64,000 bases of DNA from Lingula anatina (Eukaryota; Animalia; Brachiopoda): contig CM120641.1 in assembly GCA_051362555.1 (NCBI GenBank), positions 40,554,401 to 40,618,400 on the forward strand. The letters are read 5' to 3'. The translations under genes and the position numbers were made by a program. The stretch's first letter is position 1. Each line of letters opens with the position of its first letter. Below the pieces are notes generated by a model. It saw nothing but the letters and a program-made list of their open reading frames with translations, was not told the origin of the DNA and made no database searches. Below are positions 12,101 to 23,500 of this stretch, in pieces.

Positions 12101-15100
12101 TAGGGAGAATGATGCCCCTCTGGTCCTCAACCCCAATCCGTACATCATCCAGATCCCAACAAGTGACTGGCAGAAGATTATCCAGTCCTTGATCAAGGAG
12201 GACTTCTCCAATGTGAACCAGGTGATCAGTGCAGCAGGGATGAGAGCCAAGTTCCCAATGATAGATGATGGGTATGTGACTGAGGTGTCCTCAGAGATGA
12301 AGAAAGGACTGCCCTTTAAGAGGCAGGAGTGTGAATTTAGCCTAGTACTTAAACCCAGTGGTGTCATAACAGTGCAGGTCAGTGCGGATGTTGTCCAAGG
12401 CATACTGCGTCCAGTTGTCCAGCTGATAAGTCTTACGCCCAACCTGGACATTTGCCTAGAACATGCCAGGAGTCCTGTGAAGTGTTTCACTAGTGCAGCA
12501 GCCAAATATGCATCTAAACAGAATTACACTGATGTGAATGCTTACCAGAAGGCCTGGCTGCCAGCACTGGCTGTAGAGGCTGCAGAAATTGCATGTGAAA
12601 GTGGAGAAAGCTTTATCCTGCATCATGTCAACATAAGGTGGCAGGTTAATGACGTCCCCACGGGAGTCAAAGCAGTAGGAGTGTTCACCATGCCACTCTC
12701 TTTCTGTAAACAGCGTCAGATGAGTTTTGTATGCGAGCTAGAAAACAGAACGACAGGTGGAGAAGTAAGTGTGCCATATGAGGATTATCTGTGTATCAGG
12801 TATCAAAACATAGCTGTTGCGTCTCCCAGTAACTACAGTCATCTCTATGGTAATGATCCAGTGTGTTGGGTGCTCCACTGCGTCACAACAAACCTAACAG
12901 TATCACCAAGACAGGACAAGGTAGTAGTGAATGTGGTACTAAACCAGACATCTATGGATATCCCGCCTGTGTTCCTGACTCCTGAGAGTGCTTCATTGCC
13001 ATGCACACTGCAGTGGATATCTAAGCCTAAACATCTTAGGTAGGTGAACTGGGTGTTCTCCTCTTTCACTCCTAGTTACCTTTCAGCTCATTCTCATACA
13101 TTCTATAAAATAAGAGAATCTTCTTAAAGCTTGGTGGTTTTTATTTTTAATTTAGTTATTTGTAATACATTCTAACAGATTTACATATTGACAGTGCTAT
13201 TTTAAGATTTAATGAAGCATTTGTTTATCTTGTTTTCAGAAATACAGAAATGGCAATTAAAGAAATGGTTAATTCATCTCAGTTGGTGAAGGATATAGCA
13301 CTTGGAAACCCAGCAATATCAACTGGTGAGTGCAGTGGGACTTAACAGAAATGCATTGTACACATTGTTAAGCTTTTTTTATGTACAGACACAGTCTGTA
13401 CATATAGCCATCATCTGCGTCTGTCGTCGCCGTCGTCGCCGTCATCGCTGTGCACTTTTACCGATAACACGATAAGTGGAAAACCATTTTACCTTTTGAC
13501 TTGAAACTTGCAGAACTGATGAATATTCATAATACGCAGGTCAAGTTCGAAAATCAGCATGATCGGGTCACTTTTAGGGAATTTATGCTGTTTTTTTCAC
13601 TTTTTTCAGCATATATGCAGCACCGATAACACGATAAGTGGAAAACCATTTTACCTTTTGACTTGAAACTTACAGAACTGATGAATATTCATAATACGCA
13701 GGTCAAGTTCGAAAATCAGCATGATTGGGCCATTTTTAGGGAATTTATGCTGTTTTTTCACTATTTTCAATATAAATACAACACTGATAACACAATATAA
13801 GAAAAACGGATTGGCCAATTGTAATCATACTCACAGGAGTGGTCAATCTTACTAAAACGCAGGTTGAGTTCGAAAATCAGCATAATCAGGCCATTATTTT
13901 AGAAGTTATACTGTTTTTCACATTTCCTCAGATTCAATTATTAGGCATGTTAACAGTCTCATTATTTAACTAATAAGATGCCTAAAAGTGTTTGTTTGAT
14001 ATTTCCTGCATCTTTACAACATTGTTAGTTGATTATGTAAAAAACATGGTAAACTTGTTATCATGTATTGTGTAATAAAGTGTCAAAAATGGAAATAAAC
14101 TCATATCATTGCAGTTTGTCAGATTCAATCATCCACTATGTTCAGAATCTCAGAATGGAGGAAATTGGACATTTAACACTGTTCTATTGATACTTTTCCC
14201 ATCTCATCAATTTTCTTAGTTGGTCATATAAAATGGCAGTAAAATGTTTATTTTGTTTTAAACATTTTATTTTGTGTTAAAAAAGTGTTAAAAATGGAAA
14301 TAAACCCATTTCAGAACAGCGCTGTCTTGTTTACATTTTGGCATTTTCAAGGCGTGACTTTGAAGTTCCATGGGCCTGAAGACCTTTGCTAGTCACATTT
14401 TCTGAATATCTGTGAAACAAATATTTTATAATTAAAAATTGATGGTCATTAAGCTGTTAAACATTATGTAATATTGCATCAAAATTTGAAGAAACCCCTA
14501 TTTTGGGCACTGCTTCCATGATGACCATTTAAGGAAAATCATGTCACTTACTGTTCTCAAACTTACAGGAAAGAAACATGGGACTAAAATACAGCTTCAG
14601 TAGGCAATGCAGTCTGTTTGGTATTTTTATTTATTTATTTATTTATTTTGGCATTTAAACAGTTTTTTGTGAAAATTTAATTTTTCACATATTGGCATTT
14701 TCAAGGTGTGACTTTAAAGTTCCATGATCTTGAAGACTTTTGCTTGTCACATTTTCTGAATGTCCATGTTACTAATATTTTATTAATAACATTTGATTGT
14801 CATTATGCTGTTAAACATTATGTAATGTTGCATCAAAATTTGAAGAAACCCCTATTTTGGGCACTGCTCCTATGATGACCATTTAAGGGAAATCATGTCA
14901 CTTACTGTTCTCAAACTTACAGGAAAGAAACATGGGTCTAACATACAGCTTCAATAGGCAACGCAGTCTGTTTGGTAAATTTTTCTGGCAATTTAACAGT
15001 TTTTTGTGAAAATTTAATTTTTCACTTATTTGCATCTTTATTTTCTGTTCTTTGTCTGTACATTTGACAGCTTTGCTGCCTTGTTTTTTCATAGGATCAT

Positions 15101-15546
15101 TTTCTTTTCACTTTTCGTATATTTTATCCCTCAAGATTAATAATGCTTTAAATTATGAAGGACAAAGAAATGAGTCAATTTCTCATGACAGAGAAAACCC
15201 TTATATATTAACATGTAATATCTGTACGTGTAGGTGTGGCACCCTCAGTAGTTAATCAGATGATGGAGAAACTTTTCCCTGGTTGTAATCCCCTGAACAC
15301 AGAGCAGCACCGCGCCTTGTCCTTGGCATTATCGCAGTCCTTCACAGTGATCCAAGGTTGTGCTGGGACGGGGAAGACGGAGCTAGCAGCCAGACTAGCT
15401 GTCATGTTTGTAGACATGAACTGCCCCCAGCAGAGCCTGGTTTCCTCCACAGCTGTACCCGCACAGGTGTTATTGTGTGCCTGGTCTGAGGACAGCTTAG
15501 ATAACCTGATGAGTGAGTAATAAAATGGTGTAATGATGGCATTGAC

Positions 15547-15602
<56 letters not shown>

Positions 15603-18600
15603 GGGGCATGATATCAAATACATTTTTTCAAGGTGCCTTTCCATCTTAAATAGCCCCCAGACCCCAAATTAAAGAACGCCTTGCCATTTCTTCCTATGTT
15701 TTTTCTTACATGTCATGTTTGCTTTCAGGAATACCCTCAGGAAGTTACTGAGGAGCAGCTAATGATTTATGATCATTGACATTGTGTGTGTGTGTGTGTG
15801 GGGGGATTTTATTTGTTTCAATATTGTGCCTTGTCATTAGTCTGCTCTGTTGTAAACCACATTACAATTAAATGTTTTTAGTATAAATTTAAATAAGAAA
15901 TGTAACTGATAGATTTATAATATGTATATGTTGCTACTGTTATCTAATACAACCTTTCAGAATGCCTGAAGAGTTTGGGACCAGGGGCACCAAGAATGGT
16001 GAGAGTGTACAATGATAGTATTGTCAGGCAGGCCTACCCGATGCCTAGGCGGTTTGATGGGACAGAGGCCAATATGTATGATCTTGGCAGTGGTGATAAA
16101 ACAGATGTGGATAAAGAATTAGCTTTACACCATATCATTAGGCATCCTTCAAATTCCAAATGCACTGAGATAAGAGTGTTTGACTTGCTTTTCAAGGTGA
16201 GTTGTCCAGCTACATGTACACATGATCCAGGTTTGAATTTTTTGAGAACTTTTCCTTGGTGTCGAAATGATGGACTTTTCTTTGTTTTTATTTATGTTCT
16301 TAAATGTGAATTTACTTTTTGATGTTGCACACATCAGAATAGAACAGCACTGTAAGATGCATGTCATACTCTAGTTCCGTGCATTGGAATAGATGTTGTT
16401 CTTACAAGATGTTGTTACGGTAGTAGAATTTGACCTAAATATTTATTTTCACAACATGATATCAAATACATTTTTTTCGAGGTGCCTTTCCATCTTAAGT
16501 AGCCCCCAGACCCCAAGTTAAAGAACACTTAGCCATTTTTTTTCTTTCTATGTTTTTTCTGACATGTCATATTTGCTTTCAGGAATATCCTCAGGAAGTT
16601 ACTGAGGAGCAGCTAATGATTTATGAAGACAAAGTCCTAGCTGCTGAGAGGGATGAATTAAGCAAAGTACAGTTGATCCTGTGCACCATTGCCACCAGTA
16701 AGAAACTTAAAGCAAAAGCTAATATCAAACAGGTATGCATGGCAATGTTAGTACAAGGTTGGTCAATATTGAATGTGTTTACAAGTATTTAGGAGGTACA
16801 CAGCAAAACAAATCAGGGGTGCAAAAAACACCTGGTAGAATGTTGTGTCAAGTTGTTAACATTAGACAGTCAAGTTATAGACAATTACACATCAAAGTTT
16901 TATATTGAATATATTTGTAAGGAAAGGTGAAACTGATGCTTGCAATAAAATGACCTATGAAAAAATTCACTACTTGTATAATTATCATGAATTGTTGGAT
17001 GCATTATGTTTCTTCTTGAAGGTAATTATTGACGATGCAGAGATGTGTACAGAACCAGAGACTATAGCACCACTGGTTTACTGCAACCCAAGACAGGTTG
17101 TTCTAGTGGGAGATATTCAGCAAATGAAACCAAGAGTTTGGAGTAAAACTGCAAAAAAATTAGGGCTTGAAGTTTCTCTTTGTGAAAGATATTCCCAGAA
17201 GGCTGTTCAGTTGAAGACCCAGTATAGAATGGTAAGGATGGATGATCTTAATAAAAATATCATAAAACAATGTATTGAATATGGATTTGGACATATTCTT
17301 CATGTTTTTCATTGTCAAAGAGATATAAAATGTTCTATTTAGCTGTCTGGTCATGATAATTGAAAATGCTTTAGGTTTAATGCTAACACTGATGGCTGTC
17401 CACCTTTTCCAGCACCAAGGTATCTGCAGGTTCCTGTCCCCTGCTATATACAAGGGGTTACTGTGTGGGACAGAGGACTTGCTGAGGCCCTCCAACCTAA
17501 GTATGTGGCCAGCCGGCCCAGTCTGGCCTGTACTGGTTCACTCTGTCTTAGGTGAGGCCGAGACTGTCACAGTGAACACTGGGGGGAATAAGAAGAAATG
17601 CTCTAGGAAAAATGACTTGGAAACAAAGCATGTAGTAAGTATTTTATTTGTGCTTTTGGTCTACCATTGCTATATGTTATCATTTCTTCAACTGTATGTG
17701 TACTGATTGTTGAACTACTTCTGATAATGCAAAAAATAGTTTTTGGTTTGTTTAAAGTTAAAAGAAAATGAACTAGAAATGATACATAGATATTTGTTGC
17801 CATTTTTGTTTATCACAATTATATGATTTTTGAATTTCTGATATTGATGTCAAACAAGTGTATATAAATATATGTATATATATATTGAATTGTTATTTTA
17901 GTTTGTATATTTTTATTCCTTCTACATATTTGTCACAAGTGGTAAACTTGTTTCCCCAGGTTGATTATTGTGCCCAGCTGGTCACAACCTATGGTATAAG
18001 TCCAGGCAGTATTGTGGTACTCTCCTGTTATGAAGGACAGAAAGAGGAGATCAGTAATCAGCTGATGGAGAAAGAGTTGGCTGACATTTCTACACAGACA
18101 GTAGTACAAGCACAAGGTAGTGATCTATTTTGACTTTGAGATAATTTGATTATATTCGATAATAATGTCTGCATTTTACTTAAAAAATTAAGCTGTGCAT
18201 TTTCCATTTTGATTTTTATCGCACATTTTCAATTTGCATTATTTATCCATAGTCCTTTATTTTTGATTATATTTGATAATAATGTTTGCATTTCACTAAA
18301 AAACTAAGCTGTGCATTTCCCATTTTGATTTTTATCGCACATTTTCAATATTCATTATTTTTCCATACTACTTTACTTGTCTTAACATACTAATACAAGG
18401 CAAAATGTCGTACCAGTGGTCTCTCAAATATGGCTGCCCGAACATATCTTAACTTGAACTTTTCCTTTCTTTAAAAGGTAAAGAATGGGACTATGCTGTA
18501 TTTTCAACAGTGTGTTCCTTGCCTGCTATCAGACTGGAGCACAATCCAACTATTGCCTGGAAGGAGGAACATCTTGGACCCTTGGCAGACCACCACATGG

Positions 18601-18907
18601 TGACAGTGGCCCTGACAAGGGCAAAGAAGGGCTTAATTATTATTGGTAAGTCTCTATGAGCATCACAGAATTATCTGGAAAACAATGAATTGTGATTGGT
18701 TTGAATGCATAAATAAGTATCTATTTGATTCAGTAATTTAAAGCATCACCACAGATGGTGAAAAATTTTAATATTTATTTGCAGTGGTTTTATGCATGAC
18801 TTATATTTTGACTATTTTTAGGTAACACTGGTCTTTTGGAGTGTGATGGTAAGTGGAGACAGCTGTTACAAAGTTACAGACAACTTCCAGGTGCAGTTGT
18901 CCTATAA
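114..18907 (+). CDS. HELZ2: HELZ2-like helicase with zinc fingers (CCCH array - UPF1-like SF1 helicase - RNB/RNase II-like domain - second SF1 helicase); 23 coding exons in window, 5' end probably upstream
   Basis: Phase-compatible GT-AG exons: 114(or 117)-596, 1402-1515, 1733-3316, 3499-3820, 4141-4351, 4482-4589, 4969-5282, 5476-5691, 5983-6447, 6905-7096, 7297-7928, 8143-8306, 8802-8883, 9043-13039, 13240-13325, 15234-15512, 15961-16196, 16583-16732, 17022-17231, 17413-17634, 17960-18116, 18478-18645, 18822-18907 (TAA). Motifs: CCCH fingers (CxFAHxxEExxxW), FGSFSQWVVFDFG, helicase 1 (GPFGTGKT, ICTHSNSAAD, DEGAQ, GDHMQ, NYRS, VQGKE, NTAFTRAQ), RNB (RLDFR, LGVHVTDV, ELMIMAN), helicase 2 (QGCAGTGKT, GDIQQ, QYRM, VALTRAKKGLIIIG). 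Helicase-RNB-helicase order is the HELZ2 architecture. Confidence 0.9.
765..1337 (+). mobile_element. 5'-truncated Helentron/DINE-1-like non-autonomous element (HINE) in a HELZ2-like intron
   Basis: Two ~163-bp units (AAATTTACTGAGTGGCTTTGTTT at 798 and 961). The 3' terminus GTCTGAACATTTGACAGCTTTGCTGCCTTGTTT (1263-1295) is nearly identical to the end of the 13381-15085 element; a second degenerate terminus lies at 1306-1337. Confidence 0.65.
1786..1917 (+). repeat. Coding 24-bp tandem repeat (YPxSHQQG x ~5.5) in HELZ2-like N-terminus
   Basis: Units of about TACCCAGCATCACACCAACAGGGG; translation YPSSHQQG YSSSHQQG YPALHQQG YPASHQQR YPASHQQG YQAS. Confidence 0.9.
3826..3915. repeat. Intronic ~17-bp minisatellite (GTGGTGGGCCATTGTCA-like x5)
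   Basis: CATTGTCA recurs five times at ~17-22 bp spacing immediately after the donor at 3821. Confidence 0.8.
8312..8503 (+). mobile_element. MITE-like element, family shared with 28674-28920
   Basis: Imperfect terminal inverted repeats (GACTGCATTCCCAGAGATTTAGATCGATC vs reverse complement GACCCCATTCCCACAGCTATTTAGATCTATC). The first ~85 nt match the reverse complement of ~28835-28920. Confidence 0.7.
13381..15085 (+). mobile_element. Full-length Helentron-associated / DINE-1-like non-autonomous element with internal tandem arrays
   Basis: Inserted in a T-run. 5' subterminal repeat ATGTACAGAC (13381) is followed by its inverted copy GTCTGTACAT (13394), a GTC microsatellite (~13419-13447), three ~162-bp units (13460, 13622, 13783) and a 354-bp tandem duplication (14338 and 14692). 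The 3' inverted subTIR GTCTGTACAT (15054) precedes a short hairpin GACAGC-TTT-GCTGCC (15066-15080) and a T-run. Confidence 0.8.
15549..15606. repeat. (TG)n microsatellite followed by poly-G
   Basis: Direct reading; a shorter copy lies at 15783-15805. Confidence 0.95.
15607..15772 (+). pseudogene. Duplicated intron/exon fragment (pseudo-exon) of HELZ2-like exon 16583
   Basis: Close copy of ~16455-16626, including the acceptor GCTTTCAG and 44 nt of exon (GAATACCCTCAGGAAGTTACTGAGGAGCAGCTAATGATTTATGA). Confidence 0.85.
18145..18368. repeat. Intronic ~117-bp tandem duplication (2 copies)
   Basis: TTTGATTATATT(C/T)GATAATAATG...TTTTATCGCACATTTTCAAT...CCATA at 18145 and 18262. Confidence 0.9.
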
Positions 18908-20554
18908 TCAACTAGCCTGGCTTAGGAAGAGGTATCAAATAATAACTAAACTGCTGCACTAGCAAGGATGCTATGTTGCTCTTTAAATGGATGATAGAAT
19001 ATGGAACCCTAGACTTATGCTTACAGACGTGGTCAATAATTTACGTGTAAAAGTTTGCTGTCTTTCATTTAACATACACTCTTGATGAAATACACTCCAG
19101 TTGAGGATAACCAATTGCTTTCAGTACTTCACACTTATATTTGCTTTTATAGTACAGGAAACAACTTTATAATGCACATACATTTTTAATAATATGTGGA
19201 CAAGGGAAAATTGAAATTTATTTACATGGTAAAAGCCAAGTGATGAAAGAAAGTCCATTCAAACAAAACTTTTGTTTTTGTGGAAAAGTGTATATATATC
19301 TTTTGCCATGATTATACTGAACATATTGACCCGGATCATAGGATTTTGCTAACACTTCTCACAGTTACATAATTGATAGTCCCAGGAATTTATAATTGGC
19401 AGATGCATGCACCAGCTTTAAAATGATGAGCCAAAATGTGAAAAAGCTAGTGCCTTGAATGAAGTCTTGAAATTTTGCAAAGGAATTCAGTATTGACAGA
19501 TTTGTGATGTGGAATTTAGCGCCATTTTAATGTTTCAGAAGTGTAATTGCTATTGTTCTCAGCTACAGAGACAAATTCATTTATTTTTATTTAGTGGTGA
19601 ACAGTTTAATTTGAAATAAAATAATAAAGCACAATATTAACATTAAAATGATGTGAAAATCTTTGTAACCATATCACATTTTATTTTGGGAACACCCTTT
19701 GGTAATAAAATGAAAAAAATTTCAAGTTGAACATTGAACTTAATAGCATGCATTTTGATATTCATTAATCTAATTTGTTACTTAGCAAATAGTTTAATTA
19801 TTTACAAGGTTTGAATAATTGCTTTTGCAGCTGCTGGAAAATAAAAATAAATGAAACATGAAATTTAGTGTTTATTTTCTTTTATGGGAAAGGCACTGTT
19901 TGAGTAGGCTTCAGATGTTTTTTCAATAATATCAGAATTGGATTTAGAAAATAAGCATGGAGGTTTACATTAGAAAGAAATCGGTTCAAGTTTTCTACCA
20001 GGAATACAAGATAGAAGGAATATACTTGTTTTACAGTTGGATTACTTTATATGTCCATTTTTTATATCGATGAAATATTTATATTTAATAACAGTGATTC
20101 AGTTAAATGTGGAATGGCATTAAGACAAAAATTAAATTCATTCTCAAATTCTTTATTTAACCACTAGATACAAAAAAGTTATAACATTTCTAGAATTTCA
20201 ACTTGAGTCTACACTAGTCTCTTGTACCAAATGCAGGAATCTCAGTGTATCAAACACTTTGTAACCACCTAAATAGGACAACATTCATACAATATGTACA
20301 ACCTATGTAAACCTATAAAATTTAAACCTTGTGATATTGTCATCAACCTACTAATGGGCAACAGAAATAACAGAAAAGGACATGAAAGTTTGCATACCTG
20401 TGACTACTTCAGTTGATAAAAAATTAAAACTTCTCATCGTTCATATTTATTTGTAGCAAATAGTATGCTTGACTACTAAAATGTTTAACACAATACAAAA
20501 GTGATGATGACAAATAGCCATTTAAAATTTTTTGCCAAGCTAAAACATATAACA

Positions 20555-23500
20555 TCATTTTCCATTAGGAACTAAGTGAATGCTGCTTGGATCACTAAAA
20601 GGTCCCACTCGGCCATGCTTGTCTGCTGCGCGTACTGCAAAATGATAACGATTCCCTTCCTGAAACTGGGTCAGGGTACACGCCATGGGAAGTGGGAGTG
20701 CATTCACCTCACCAACCTAGTGAAAAAAAATAATAATAAATAAACATTACAGAATGTTTTCATTCCAAAACATGAGTTCTGAAGTACTTCAATTTCGAAT
20801 AATCCAATATGAATCTTTTTTCATAACCTTAGTTGAATGATAAGAGGAGGAAAAGATATCCTGTATACAATGGGTGATCAACGGTCACTGTACTTGGTTT
20901 CAAAAGGTATCTTTTATTCATGAAAAAACAAATGATGTAGTACTACTGCTGGCAAGTAAAAATAAATAAAAGTAGATAAAAGAGAGAGAAGCTATGTCTA
21001 TCACATGCATTTGAAATTATTAGATATGTCAACACTGCATGCACACTTTATTACTCTGTAACTGTGAAAAAGTTCAAGTCAAAGATGGTTTGGCATTTGC
21101 ATCTCTGAAATCCCCTTGTCAGTTATCATGTGACAGCAGCTGAATTTAGAAGCTTGACATACATGTTATTCAAGAAAAAAAACAAACATGAATATGACTT
21201 TAAATACCTTTTTCCACAGACTTGTGCTGGGTGGTAATGACCCCTCCTGATATGCAAACAGCTGATAAGAGGATATGTGTTCATAACTGTATTCAACATT
21301 CATGTTCCAGGACAGCACAATACCTGAAATGGTGGGAACAAGTGAGAATCTAAGTATCTATATATCAAATGTCAAATGTGTCCTTTAACACACAACACTT
21401 GCATATATTTTTTCCACATATTATTCTAATGCTTCTTATAATTTTCTAAAATTAGTGTCAAGAAGGCATTTTGATTCACTTACCTTGTGTGACTCTGTTA
21501 ATTTTGAGATCAGGTTTTGGAGGAATAACTTTGGGCAGTTTTGTTGTGACATCCTGATTGGCTGGCAACGGAGGTAGTGGTGCGGGATGTCTCTGTGAAA
21601 TGACAAATTGATTTCAATCAGAATACAAAGGACTATCCTCTAATTTAATGTGTTTGGTCTGTCAAAGCAAACAAACCTTTTCAAATCCCAATAGTACTTA
21701 AAATGCTATTCATATTACAGCTTAGACAGCAATTTATCAAAACTCAGCATCTTCTAGTAACAAATAAGACTGAACATTGTGTGCAGACAACTTTGTGATC
21801 TATCTATCTGTGATCAACATAACCACAAAGGGTGCCCAGTCACATGATCTACAAATCAATCAACATAATCAGAAACATGCCAGCAAATGTTAATGATCTT
21901 GAATGGTATCAAATCCTTCTTCAGCCAATTTCAGCACAGCAATCATTAAAGGATCTGTATACTATAAGTTTAATGCAGATTCAAGTGTCCCACACATTTA
22001 CATTGTCAACTTCAATACCAAAATACTAGACAGGAAGAAAAAAGCAAAATCCCAGAGGAAGCAGGAGTCTAATTCAACAAGCAGGAAAAGATATTTCACC
22101 TCAACAACCAATAATCACATGAGACAAGTAAATCTATTTTTGCTCATTCCCAAACCACAAGGTGATATCCTACCAAATTATTTAGAATATCTTGTAACTG
22201 ATTCCTTTTGTTTGCGAGGTGGCTTATTCTCCCCTGCATGCTTGTGCTTTCATCTCCAGCAGCTTCCACTGGCTGCAAGCCAACATAAGCAGCCTGTTAG
22301 ACAAGGTAGCACAGGTAGGCAGTTTGCATTTGGTTCATATAATATTTTGTGAAGTGATTACTTCTTAAATTTAAACATAAAAAGCATTGTAAATTAAACC
22401 ATACAGAAGAGTTAATTTTAGAGAAATAAAAAAGGGAAGCAATAGTTAACCAAGCCCGATTGTATACCTTGTGGACCTAAAACGGGCAGAGGCAACACAA
22501 AATGCCAAACATATCTGAAGACTTATTTCCAACAACCCAAGTTTTCTACAACATTGTTACAAGTATATGTACTTACAGATTGTGCTGTAGAAGATACAGT
22601 GACAGTACTGGCAGGTTTCTGTACAGGTGCAGCATGGAGCGGGGGAGGTGGTATTGTCAACTGTTTTTTGGCTGACACTGTCACCTGCTGTGGAAGCTTG
22701 GCAGCTGTCTGAGTGACCACACTAGATGGCAAACTCTGCCTCAGTCCAGCACGTGTGACAAGACTAACCAGAGTAGGACGCGTCCCAACGGTTCCACTGG
22801 ACACAGGGACCAGGGTAAACTGACTCGGGGCAGCAGGTGCCCCTGGCCTCTGTGGTAACACATACACTGCTCCGGTAGGATTAAATGATGATGTTGGCTG
22901 GAAGATCACTTGAGTACCTGGGCGGATTTGATTGGTTGACATCTTTTGCTGCATTATTTGACTTGGGTGAACCAGTGTCATACTGGTTGTCTTCTTCAGC
23001 TCTTGTGTTCCTCCACCACTACCCACATCATCATCAGTGAGATCTATCACCTTACTGACAGTGGTGGTTACATTATTTCCTTTGCCAGCTGTGATACTAG
23101 TAGTGGCTAATTTCCCTGCCTGGTCCGTGGCTGCCTGAGAGGCTGGAGTCCCCACACTGCCTCTTGTTGGGGATGTGACCAGCATTTGCTTCCCTCCCAC
23201 AATCTGAACATTGACCCCACTTCTCTGGGCTTCAATCATGGACCGCACTGTGGGGAGCTGGGTGGCAGGATTGGGGGACGCCGGGACAGGTCTCCCTGAT
23301 GGCTGAACCTGCTGTTGAACAACACTTCCAATAACATTCACAGTCATCTACAAGTTGCCATAAAAAAGAAAAGAAAATATCTTTTCTGCTTGATAGGGAA
23401 GGTAAGCAAGCATAGCTGCAGCGAGACATCTATTTCAATTACTTCTTAAGTAGTCAGTTGTCTGGCCAATAATATAATCAGGTAATTATAGTTCTTACCA

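Noticed and set aside
13460-13900. Regularly spaced repeats as a CRISPR-like array
   Set aside because: The units are full-length tandem copies without unique spacers, inside a eukaryotic intron and a HINE structure.
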